Below are positions 9,956 to 17,545 of a DNA stretch of 64,000 nucleotides, piece after piece; positions within the stretch are counted from its first letter, which is position 1, and the number at the start of each line of letters is the position of its first letter. The position numbers were made by a program, and so were the translations under genes. Origin of the DNA: Alphaproteobacteria bacterium (lineage in GTDB: Bacteria; Pseudomonadota; Alphaproteobacteria; Rs-D84); contig JAIDWS010000035.1 of the NCBI GenBank assembly GCA_029059055.1, positions 8,670 to 72,669 of the forward strand, given 5' to 3'. The notes beneath the pieces were generated by a model. It did not search any database. It was given only the letters and a program-made list of their open reading frames with translations, and had not been told where the DNA came from.

Positions 9956-10125
9956 GCATTGGGAAACCGGTGTAGGCTTCAAAACCTAATAGTACTGTCA
10001 GTGATGACATTAAACTATCTCCAACCGTTGGTTGGGGGGCTGTGAATATATTGAATAAACAGCGCTATTGTACTAATAGTTTTGAACCTCCAACCACCCA
10101 AATGTTTTGGGTGGTGTTTTTAATA
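9956..10125 (+). ncRNA. Structured 5' leader / attenuator RNA A, with a possible 14-codon leader ORF at 9997-10041 and a terminator at 10089-10122
   Basis: Paralogous to 14259-14437. Conserved CCAACC..GGTTGG..GGTGAATA..GAATAAAC..TCCAACCACC blocks and a terminal hairpin with a T-run. Confidence 0.55.
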
Positions 10126-10147
10126 AAAAACCAAGGGAGTTTAAACT

Positions 10148-10375
10148 ATGGCAAAATTATTAATCGACGCCAATTACTATGGCAATATTATGCGATGCGC
10201 GCGACAACACCTGCGTATCAGCGTGGCCGATGCCGCCGCATTGTTGAAGATGAGCAAGAAAGATTACAAAAAATGCGAACGCGGGCATGATTTATTTGAC
10301 GAAGGTATCATGCGCCGATTTTACCACGGCGCATTTGCGATGCTGGTGATAAAGCGGGGTAAAAATAATCTGTGA
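10148..10375 (+). CDS. Small XRE-type HTH protein (75 aa) downstream of leader A
   Basis: RBS ccaagggag; HTH-like LRISVADAAALLKMSKKDYKKCERG. Confidence 0.45.
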   Translation: MAKLLIDANYYGNIMRCARQHLRISVADAAALLKMSKKDYKKCERGHDLFDEGIMRRFYHGAFAMLVIKRGKNNL

Positions 10376-10404
10376 CAGACCACCTGGCGGGGGCGTTTCC
10401 ACAT

Positions 10405-10434
10405 AAAAAACACCGGCAAATACCGGTGTTTTTT
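10405..10434. terminator. Bidirectional terminator, hairpin caccggcaaataccggtg (copy 2 of the family)
   Basis: Between convergent 10148-10375 (+) and ihfA (-). Confidence 0.6.
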
Positions 10435-10439
10435 GATGA

Positions 10440-10721
10440 TTATGCAACACGCTTTCTGAATTCGGTGCTGGGGCGGAATGTCGCCACGCGCCGCGCCGTT
10501 ATTAATGCCGGCGCACCCGTTTTCGGGTTGCGTCCCATACGGGGAGCTTTGTCCAAAATCTTGAAACTGCCCAGGCCCGCAAATTTGACTTCTTCGCCGT
10601 GAATCAATGATTCTTGGATTTCACCAAAAATCACATCCACCAATTTATACGAATCCGTCGTGGTCAGACCAAACTGTTCACGCAATTTGTTTGCAAAATC
10701 CATTCTGGTTATTGTTGCCAT
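10440..10721 (-). CDS. ihfA: Integration host factor subunit alpha
   Basis: GLGSFKILDKAPRMGRNPKTGAPALITARRVATF; conserved position downstream of fabH. Confidence 0.85.
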   Translation of the reverse strand: MATITRMDFANKLREQFGLTTTDSYKLVDVIFGEIQESLIHGEEVKFAGLGSFKILDKAPRMGRNPKTGAPALITARRVATFRPSTEFRKRVA

Positions 10722-10724
10722 TTT

Positions 10725-11663
10725 TTACACCCTGATTAATGCCGCGCCCCATGTTAAACCACTGCCGAACGCGGGATACAAAATCAATTGCCCACGTTGA
10801 ATCAGACCGCGGTCCATCCCATATGCCAACGCCAAAACACCCGATGCGCCACTGGTATTGGCATGTTTGTCCACGGTGACCAAAATCTTGTCCAGTGGGA
10901 AACCCAATCTTTCCGCGCCACTGTTAATAATGCGCAGATTCGCCTGGTGTGGGATAATCCAATCCACATTGTCCGCCGTGATGCCTGCATGTTGCATGAT
11001 GTAACTGGCGGCTTCGGGCATTAATGTGACGGCCTTTTTATACGTTTCGGGACCGTTCATAGAAATCTTGTGATCGGGCGTCCCGTGCAACATATCAAAC
11101 GATTTGCCGTCCGCCATCACAACCGTGTCAATAATGCCGGAATAACTGGACGTGGAATGTTCGAAAATCAATGCGCCCGCGCCATCACCGAACAATACGG
11201 CCGTGCTGCGGTCATCCCAATTGATAAACCGGGTCATTTTTTCCGCGCCGATAACCATGATACGGTGGTGAATCCCCGCGGTAAAGAACGCGCGCGCGCA
11301 ATGCAGTGCATAAATATATCCCGTACATGCCCCGCGCACGTCAAATGCCGGCTGGTCCCGGGTGGCGCCCAGTTTACCCAAAATCTGGACCCCGACCGAC
11401 GGGAAATCCAATTCGGATGTTGTTGTGGCCACCACCACCATATCGATATCGTCAATCGTCAGATTCGCATTATCCAGCGCACGCTGGGCCGCAATTGCGC
11501 CCATATCCACAACGGTTTCGTCATCGCGTGCAAAGTGGCGTTCGCGCATCCCGGTGCGTTGAACAATCCATTCGTCGGATGTGTCCATAATCTTTTCAAA
11601 ATCTTGATTGGTCATAATTTTTTCAGGCAAATATGACCCGTACCCAACCAGTCTGCTACCCAT
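10725..11663 (-). CDS. fabH: 3-oxoacyl-ACP synthase III
   Basis: Active-site GACTGYIYAL (Cys), ...IPHQAN..., ...GFGSGLTWGAALIRV. Confidence 0.9.
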   Translation of the reverse strand: MGSRLVGYGSYLPEKIMTNQDFEKIMDTSDEWIVQRTGMRERHFARDDETVVDMGAIAAQRALDNANLTIDDIDMVVVATTTSELDFPSVGVQILGKLGATRDQPAFDVRGACTGYIYALHCARAFFTAGIHHRIMVIGAEKMTRFINWDDRSTAVLFGDGAGALIFEHSTSSYSGIIDTVVMADGKSFDMLHGTPDHKISMNGPETYKKAVTLMPEAASYIMQHAGITADNVDWIIPHQANLRIINSGAERLGFPLDKILVTVDKHANTSGASGVLALAYGMDRGLIQRGQLILYPAFGSGLTWGAALIRV

Positions 11664-11752
11664 AACTTTTTCTCCATACTTATTTGACTATTATAGTCTG
11701 GCCGATAATAACTTGCAATATTAAAATCCAGCGAATAAGATATAAGGAATAC

Positions 11753-11828
11753 GTCCCCATAGTTCAATTGGATAGAACAAATTCCTCCTAAGAATTAAAT
11801 ACAGGTTCGATTCCTGTTGGGGATACCA
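11753..11828 (+). tRNA. tRNA-Arg (anticodon CCT)
   Basis: Manual cloverleaf: acceptor GTCCCCA/TGGGGAT, D-arm GTTC..GAAC, anticodon loop CTCCTAA, T-arm ACAGG-TTCGATT-CCTGT, CCA end; 76 nt. Confidence 0.85.
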
Positions 11829-11845
11829 TAAAAATCGCGTATAAT

Positions 11846-12181
11846 GTGGACGTCATGAAAAATAAAGCTGTAAAGATTGGAATCATCGCATCGCTGTTGC
11901 CGCATGTGTTTTGTTGCGGATTGCCGATTGCGCTGTCGATTATCGGATTGATTGCGCCGGAATCTGCGCATCTGCATATTATTCCGCAATGGCTGGAACC
12001 GTGGCTGTTCGTGTTTTCGGCCGGGATGTTGGGTCTGTCGTGGGTGTTGGTGGTGCGTGATTGCCGATGCGAATGCGACCATTGTCACGGCAATGACGGC
12101 CACAAACCCCAGAAATTTATTTTGGGCATCATCACCCTGATTTTTATCACCAGTGTGATTTTACATCTGATGTCGCATTAA
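11846..12181 (+). CDS. Small three-TM membrane protein with a CC motif in TM1 and a cytoplasmic CRCECDHC cluster (MerT-like metal transporter topology)
   Basis: HVFCCGLPIALSII in TM1 and a Cys cluster between TM2 and TM3 mirror MerT. Confidence 0.45.
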   Translation: MDVMKNKAVKIGIIASLLPHVFCCGLPIALSIIGLIAPESAHLHIIPQWLEPWLFVFSAGMLGLSWVLVVRDCRCECDHCHGNDGHKPQKFILGIITLIFITSVILHLMSH

Positions 12182-12182
12182 A

Positions 12183-12212
12183 ACAGAAACGGGGCCGGGC
12201 CCCGTTTTTTTA
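12183..12212. terminator. Bidirectional terminator (acggggccgggccccgt)
   Basis: GC hairpin with a T-run between convergent genes. Confidence 0.5.
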
Positions 12213-12752
12213 TTTGCCGATTTCGACCAACCATTCCTGTATCACGGGGCCTGCGTTTGCCGCATCCCCACCACGAATGGCGATGGCGCGCCCGTGCATG
12301 GAATTCGGGGTTAATTTTTCCACATCGGCGGCAATGGTGCCGGTACCGCTGCCTTCGTGGGTGTTAAACGGGATGACGGTTTTACCCGACAAATCCGCCG
12401 TGGTTAAAAACGTATGTACCGGACCGGCCATCGTCCCCCACCAACATGGCGTGCCGACAAATACCGTATCGTATTGCGTTAAATCCGGTATGGCGTTAAT
12501 CGCCGGGAAAGTACCGTTTTCAATTTCTGATTTGGCAACGACGGTGGCCGAACGATATTCGGCGGGATAATGGTTTGCGTCGGCCGTCGTGATTTCAAAG
12601 ATATCGGCATCGGTGGCCGATTTAATCAATTCCGCCACCGTCGCCGTATTACCCGAACGTGAATAATACGCGACCAGACTTTTGGCATCCGCCGCCCCGC
12701 ACAGTGCGACACCCGCGCACAATCCCCAGAATAAATGTTTCATGTTTTCCAT
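12210..12752 (-). CDS. Flavodoxin-like fold protein with N-terminal signal peptide
   Basis: SLVAYYSRSGNTATVAELI (flavodoxin T/SxTGxT-like loop). Hydrophobic N-terminus ...GLCAGVALCGAADA. Confidence 0.6.
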   Translation of the reverse strand: MENMKHLFWGLCAGVALCGAADAKSLVAYYSRSGNTATVAELIKSATDADIFEITTADANHYPAEYRSATVVAKSEIENGTFPAINAIPDLTQYDTVFVGTPCWWGTMAGPVHTFLTTADLSGKTVIPFNTHEGSGTGTIAADVEKLTPNSMHGRAIAIRGGDAANAGPVIQEWLVEIGK

Positions 12753-12765
12753 CCTGTTGTTAAGT

Positions 12766-13716
12766 TTATTTTTCGTCCAAATTGACCAATTCGTATGTCC
12801 GCACCCCCAGGCCGATTTCCGCCGCCGATTCCAACGTATGCAATCCGTTGCGTTCTGCGATGCGTTGCATCAGCGCGGCATTACCGTCGGCACGCGACAC
12901 CATGTCGATGGCGGCCTGGTCGATGGCAACGGGGTCGGTCGAAACCAAAATACCAATATCATGGATATCGGGTTCGGCCGGGTTGCCATTGCAATCACAA
13001 TCGATACTGATGCGGTTTAATACATTTATGTAAATGATGTTATCGCGCCCCAAATGGTCGACAACAGATTTGCCGGCGTCCGCCATTGATTCCAGAAATG
13101 CCGTTTGTTCCCCGCCCCACGGGTTGGTTTTACTGGTCCCGCCGCTGTGAATCCAAGATTTACCCATGCGACTGCCCAGGCCGATGGAAATATTCTTTAT
13201 CGCGCCGCCATATCCGGCCATGGCATGTCCCTTGAAATGCGACAGAATGATATAAGAATCATAATCATCAAAATGCGAACCGACATAATTTTCGGTTAAC
13301 ACTTTGCCCCCGTGAACCGGCAAAGCCATATCGCCATCTTCGTCCTGGATATCGACGGGCGCAACGTCAAAGAATCCGTGTTCTTTGACAACGCGCCAGT
13401 GATTGGCACTGTTGGCGCGCGCGCCGTCATATGCCGTATTGCATTCCACAATCGTCCCATCGACCGATTGAATCAAATCCCGCACCAAATCGGGGCGCAA
13501 ATAATTACTGCGCGGCGGTTCCCCCGTCGTCATTTTGACGGCGACGCGTCCCCGCGGCGTCCATCCGGCCGCACGGTATGCCCGGACCAGTCCCGCCGCC
13601 GAAATATCTGATGTAAAATAAACTTTTGGCATGGTTTCCCCCCTTGGTTTAAAAAATAAAAACAGCGCGGCTGAAACAATCACAATTCCCCCCGCAACAT
13701 ATGCCCAGATTTTCAT
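12766..13716 (-). CDS. DUF362 domain protein; second in-frame start with a strong SD at about 13632 (MPKVYF...)
   Basis: MPKVYFTSD...VAVKMTTGEPP matches the DUF362 N-terminal pattern. Both starts are preceded by GGGGGG-type SD sequences. Confidence 0.55.
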   Translation of the reverse strand: MKIWAYVAGGIVIVSAALFLFFKPRGETMPKVYFTSDISAAGLVRAYRAAGWTPRGRVAVKMTTGEPPRSNYLRPDLVRDLIQSVDGTIVECNTAYDGARANSANHWRVVKEHGFFDVAPVDIQDEDGDMALPVHGGKVLTENYVGSHFDDYDSYIILSHFKGHAMAGYGGAIKNISIGLGSRMGKSWIHSGGTSKTNPWGGEQTAFLESMADAGKSVVDHLGRDNIIYINVLNRISIDCDCNGNPAEPDIHDIGILVSTDPVAIDQAAIDMVSRADGNAALMQRIAERNGLHTLESAAEIGLGVRTYELVNLDEK

Positions 13717-13738
13717 CGGTTCACCCCCCTTTTTTTAT

Positions 13739-13785
13739 CTTGACTTTATTACTATAAATCTTAGACTTGTGTCTAAGTCAAGGAG
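13739..13785 (-). promoter_or_regulatory. MerR-type regulated promoter: on the minus strand TTGACT, a 19-bp spacer containing the dyad cttagac-N4-gtctaag, then TATAGT; divergent from merR
   Basis: The 19-bp spacer with a centred palindrome is the hallmark of MerR-family activated promoters. It drives the DUF362-flavodoxin operon. Confidence 0.6.
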
Positions 13786-13790
13786 TTTTT

Positions 13791-14198
13791 ATGCGTATCG
13801 GCGAAGTGGCCAAAATAACTGGTCTGACGGAACACACATTACGGTTTTATGAAAAATCGGGCCTGATGCCCGACACGGCCAAGCGGCGCGGTGGTATTCG
13901 TGATTATTGCGACACGGACATTGAACGGTTGGGGATTATTGAATGCCTGAAAAAGACGGGCATGCCCCTGCGCGATATCAAGACATTCATGCAATGGTGC
14001 GCCCAGGGCGACGCCAGCATTGAACAGCGTTACCAAATGTTTATCCAGCGCAAAGAAATTGTCCGGCAACAAATGGCGGAATTGAAAAAGACCATGTCGG
14101 TCATCGATTTTAAAATCAAATATTACGGTGACGCGCGCGATGCAGGCACGCTGGACATTTACAAAGATAAAAAGATTAAGAAGCCTGTATTTTTTTAA
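13791..14198 (+). CDS. MerR family transcriptional regulator with no metal-binding Cys pair
   Basis: MRIGEVAKITGLTEHTLRFYEKSGL (MerR HTH); SD AAGGAG; coiled-coil dimerisation region. Confidence 0.8.
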   Translation: MRIGEVAKITGLTEHTLRFYEKSGLMPDTAKRRGGIRDYCDTDIERLGIIECLKKTGMPLRDIKTFMQWCAQGDASIEQRYQMFIQRKEIVRQQMAELKKTMSVIDFKIKYYGDARDAGTLDIYKDKKIKKPVFF

Positions 14199-14223
14199 CC
14201 CATGCGCACCCATTTAAAAATGG

Positions 14224-14252
14224 GTGACATTTTCCAAAACATGCGATATAAT
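14224..14252 (+). promoter_or_regulatory. Sigma70-like promoter GTGACA-17-TATAAT for leader B
   Basis: Hexamers at 14224-14229 and 14247-14252. Confidence 0.5.
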
Positions 14253-14258
14253 ATGCCC

Positions 14259-14437
14259 CGTGGTGGCCGATGGCACCATGGGGCTTTACAACCCGTTGAA
14301 CGCGTCCGCGTGACGATAAACATTCCAACCCATTTGGTTGGAGTGTGGTGAATACATCGAATAAACCGCGCAATTCGTTCAATTGTTGTAAAACTCCAAC
14401 CACCTGAAAAAAATCCGGTGGTTTTATTTTTTGTTCG
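14259..14437 (+). ncRNA. Structured 5' leader / attenuator RNA B (paralogue of 9956-10125), with a possible 13-codon leader ORF at 14307-14348 and a terminator at 14394-14437
   Basis: Same conserved blocks and the same hairpin competition as leader A. Confidence 0.55.
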
Positions 14438-14446
14438 GGGTTAACA

Positions 14447-15235
14447 ATGAAATTTGTTTTATGGACAATTGCGTGCGTGATGGGGATGCCGGCGGTGGCA
14501 TGGGGCGTATGCGATGGGGGAATGTATTTAAACGGCACCACATGCGAAAAATGCGTCGATGGGTATTATTGTCCCGGTGACGACACGCAACATCCATGTC
14601 CGACGGACACGACCGATTGGTACGGATTCGTATCAACACTGTACCCGGTGGACCGGGTGACGCAACAATCATGGCTGATGTCGTGGGACCCCGGTTCATC
14701 GACAAACGGGGCCATCTGGCCGGCGCATTGTTTCGCAGGTGTCTTTATATCCAGCCCATATGGGGAACTGTATATCGAAAGCTGGTATAACGGCACCAAT
14801 TACTGGAACGGCGAACAGGCGTTTTTGTGGTACCAGGCCAACCCCGGATATTATTTGGCCCAATATGTCGGGACGACATATCATGTCTGGTACCGATACG
14901 CCCGGCCATGCACAAATCTGCCGGAACATGCACATTATACCGGCGCCGGCACGCCCGATTCCGCCGATGGCACCATTCGGGATGCAAACGATTGCCCGTG
15001 GGAATGCGATGACGGATACGGCAATCATGACGGGGTGTGCGTGCCGTTGTGCGACGGCGTCAATCGGTTAAAGACCGGCAACGGTCGAACATTTAATTTA
15101 TACCCCATGGCATATACCACGCCGTCATTGCGCATTGAATATGGCGGCAAAACATGCTATGGCGTGTTAAAGTCGGGCGCGGCCGCATCAATCAATCTGC
15201 GATACAATAACCAAACGTATCACCTGTCTGACTAA
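14447..15235 (+). CDS. Secreted cysteine-rich protein (signal peptide; CEKCVDGYYCPG furin/TNFR-like Cys repeats; Trp/Tyr-rich core)
   Basis: Signal peptide MKFVLWTIACVMGMPAVAWG; Cys spacing reminiscent of eukaryotic Cys-rich repeats. Confidence 0.5.
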   Translation: MKFVLWTIACVMGMPAVAWGVCDGGMYLNGTTCEKCVDGYYCPGDDTQHPCPTDTTDWYGFVSTLYPVDRVTQQSWLMSWDPGSSTNGAIWPAHCFAGVFISSPYGELYIESWYNGTNYWNGEQAFLWYQANPGYYLAQYVGTTYHVWYRYARPCTNLPEHAHYTGAGTPDSADGTIRDANDCPWECDDGYGNHDGVCVPLCDGVNRLKTGNGRTFNLYPMAYTTPSLRIEYGGKTCYGVLKSGAAASINLRYNNQTYHLSD

Positions 15236-15308
15236 GGCTGGATTTTCATCCTGTATATTTTGCGCCATCACTGTGATACAATATCCCCAGAAACAGAAAG
15301 GTTATATC

Positions 15309-15476
15309 ATGCCCCTGAAACAAGGTTGCACCCGCAAAACCATATCCGAAAACATCCGCGCCGAAGTCCATGCCGGCCGCCCCCAGAAACAGGCGGTGGC
15401 GATTGCCCTGTCGATTGCGGACAAAAACGCATACAAATGCCGCCCCCGCAAACCATCCCTGAAAAAGGCGAAATAA
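15309..15476 (+). CDS. Small basic conserved protein (55 aa; KQAVAIALSIA motif)
   Basis: Resembles a widespread small-protein family with a ...RKQA(I/V)AIALS.A... core. The ORF extends in-frame back to 15273. Confidence 0.35.
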   Translation: MPLKQGCTRKTISENIRAEVHAGRPQKQAVAIALSIADKNAYKCRPRKPSLKKAK

Positions 15477-15559
15477 AATCCCCCGCAACCGCCGTTTTTT
15501 TGTTAAATCACTTTGTCCCTTTTGGCATCCCATAACGCGCACAATGCCCTATTCCTATT

Positions 15560-15680
15560 ACTGGATTGCTTCACTGCGTTCGCAATGACAATGGTGTTTA
15601 ATTTCCCGGCTACTTCATCCCCTTTGTCATTGCGAAGGAGTGAAACGACTGCGGCAATCCAGTGAATAAAATCCCCGCCA
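15560..15680. repeat. Imperfect-palindromic repeat element, copy 2
   Basis: Same termini (actggattgc/gcaatccagt) and core (cgcaatgacaa/ttgtcattgcga) as 9781-9900. Confidence 0.7.
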
Positions 15681-15695
15681 TGGGCGGGGCGCAAA

Positions 15696-15727
15696 CAAAA
15701 AATCCCCCGATTGGGGGGATTTTTATT
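15696..15727. terminator. Terminator hairpin aaaaaatcccccgattggggggattttt downstream of plsX
   Basis: A-run, 7-bp GC stem, T-run. Confidence 0.5.
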
Positions 15728-16790
15728 CTTCGGCGTGGATTAATTCGGCCTTAATCGGTGCCAATGCTTCCACATGCGCGCTGATTTTATGATACACGTC
15801 GGATTTGGTTAAATCCAGCGCACTGCGTATTGCATTGGCAAATGCCAACGCATCACTGTTGCCGTGCGTTTTAATCGCAAACCCACGCAATCCCAAAAAC
15901 ATCGCCCCGGCATACGAACGCGGGTCAATTTTATGTTTTAACCGCTTAAACACATGGACCAAGAAAAATGCCCCGATAACCGCCAACACGGATTTTTTCA
16001 GGTTTTCCATCAACACGCGCTTAATCAATTTGGCGGTACCTTCCACCGTTTTTAAAACGATGTTGCCGGTGAACCCGTCGGTCACGACAACCTGGACATT
16101 ACCGGCACTGATATCGGTTCCTTCGACAAATCCGATGTATTCATACGGTAATTCATCCTTGTGCGCCATCAGCAATTTGTTCAACCGTTGCAGGGTTTCG
16201 TTCCCCTTGGTATCTTCTTCGCCGATGTTTAACACGCCCAATTTCGGGTGCGGCATATGACCGATAACGTCGGCATACACACTGCCCAGGACGGCAAAAT
16301 CGAACAGATTTTCGGCATCACATTGAACATTCGCCCCCAAATCCAGCATGACCACACGGCTGTCACCGCCACCGGACGGCAACATGGTTGTAATCGCCGG
16401 GCGCGAAATCCCATCGACCGTTTTCAATGCCAATTTAGACAGGGCCATCAACACACCGGTATTTCCCGCACTGATGACGGCGGTTGAATTTCCTTCGCGG
16501 ACATCCTTGATCGCCATATACATGGACGTATTTTGCGCATGACGGATGACATCGCGCACCTTGTCTGTGCCACGAATGACATCGGGGGCATGAATGATTT
16601 CGCAATTACGCGCGACACGCGGGTATTTGTTCATCATCCTGCGCAGACGCTTTTCATCACCGAACACACGGAAAAACGCCATGTCTTCGCCATTTTGATA
16701 CAGGAACTGGTTCATTCCCCCCAGAACGGCGCCGGGTGCCTTGTCCCCGCCCATTGCGTCAATTGAAATAATTTGTTTTTCACCGGACAT
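15723..16790 (-). CDS. plsX: Phosphate acyltransferase PlsX
   Basis: ISIDAMGGDKAPGAVLGG N-terminus; full-length PlsX-like. Confidence 0.9.
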   Translation of the reverse strand: MSGEKQIISIDAMGGDKAPGAVLGGMNQFLYQNGEDMAFFRVFGDEKRLRRMMNKYPRVARNCEIIHAPDVIRGTDKVRDVIRHAQNTSMYMAIKDVREGNSTAVISAGNTGVLMALSKLALKTVDGISRPAITTMLPSGGGDSRVVMLDLGANVQCDAENLFDFAVLGSVYADVIGHMPHPKLGVLNIGEEDTKGNETLQRLNKLLMAHKDELPYEYIGFVEGTDISAGNVQVVVTDGFTGNIVLKTVEGTAKLIKRVLMENLKKSVLAVIGAFFLVHVFKRLKHKIDPRSYAGAMFLGLRGFAIKTHGNSDALAFANAIRSALDLTKSDVYHKISAHVEALAPIKAELIHAEE

Positions 16791-16859
16791 GATACATAAA
16801 AGAAGGCAGAAGGCACAATTGAATGAACCGCCCCTTCTGCCATTATATCTTGTTACAGA

Positions 16860-17009
16860 TTATTTAGACCCGCACGCTGCGCAGACGTGATGCGGGCGTT
16901 TCTTTTCGCCGCATGCCTTGCAAACGGTGGACGGCATGATTGTCAGCGCATCATGCGAACGACGCTGTGCGGAACGTGCTTTGCTTGTTTTACTTTTTGG
17001 CGTTGCCAT
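16860..17009 (-). CDS. rpmF: 50S ribosomal protein L32 (49 aa; not in the ORF track because it is shorter than 60 aa)
   Basis: Manual translation: MATPKSKTSKARSAQRRSHDALTIMPSTVCKACGEKKRPHHVCAACGSK*. Canonical position upstream of plsX. Confidence 0.85.
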   Translation of the reverse strand: MATPKSKTSKARSAQRRSHDALTIMPSTVCKACGEKKRPHHVCAACGSK

Positions 17010-17076
17010 TTTACAATCCTTTTATAATTTACAGTTAGACATTTTATTAAAATCTTGCGGATATGCAAGAAAAACT

Positions 17077-17475
17077 TTAATCCGATATGACCTGGGCGAC
17101 AAACATGCCGTGATTGTGCATTAATCCGACAACGGCGCTGTGGTCATCCAGTCCCAGATAAAATTTATATCCCTGTGATTCCAGGTCTGCGATGGTTGCG
17201 ACCTTGAATTCTGCGGTTGTGCCGGGGTAATCGTGCGGTTTGCAGAACACCCGTTTTTTGATATTCGGCAATAAATTTTGGATATGGGCTTCGACCTTTT
17301 GCTGGCCCATGGCCCATCGCCCTGTGATAAAGACGATGACAAAATCCCGCCCCAGCGTTTCCAAGACCCGAATCATATTTTCGTTTGGTTCACCGAAACG
17401 GTCATAATTTGCAATCGCGAATTTTTTATTCACGACGCCATCAATATCACAAAAGATTGCCGGAATTTCTGTCAT
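17077..17475 (-). CDS. HAD-superfamily hydrolase-like protein
   Basis: N-terminal FCDIDGVVN (DxDG motif I). Confidence 0.45.
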   Translation of the reverse strand: MTEIPAIFCDIDGVVNKKFAIANYDRFGEPNENMIRVLETLGRDFVIVFITGRWAMGQQKVEAHIQNLLPNIKKRVFCKPHDYPGTTAEFKVATIADLESQGYKFYLGLDDHSAVVGLMHNHGMFVAQVISD

Positions 17476-17545
17476 TGTTTTTCAGACCAATTGCGCCCGG
17501 TGTCCCATGATTGGGATGCCGGGCGCGGTTGGTAATTCACAGCCC

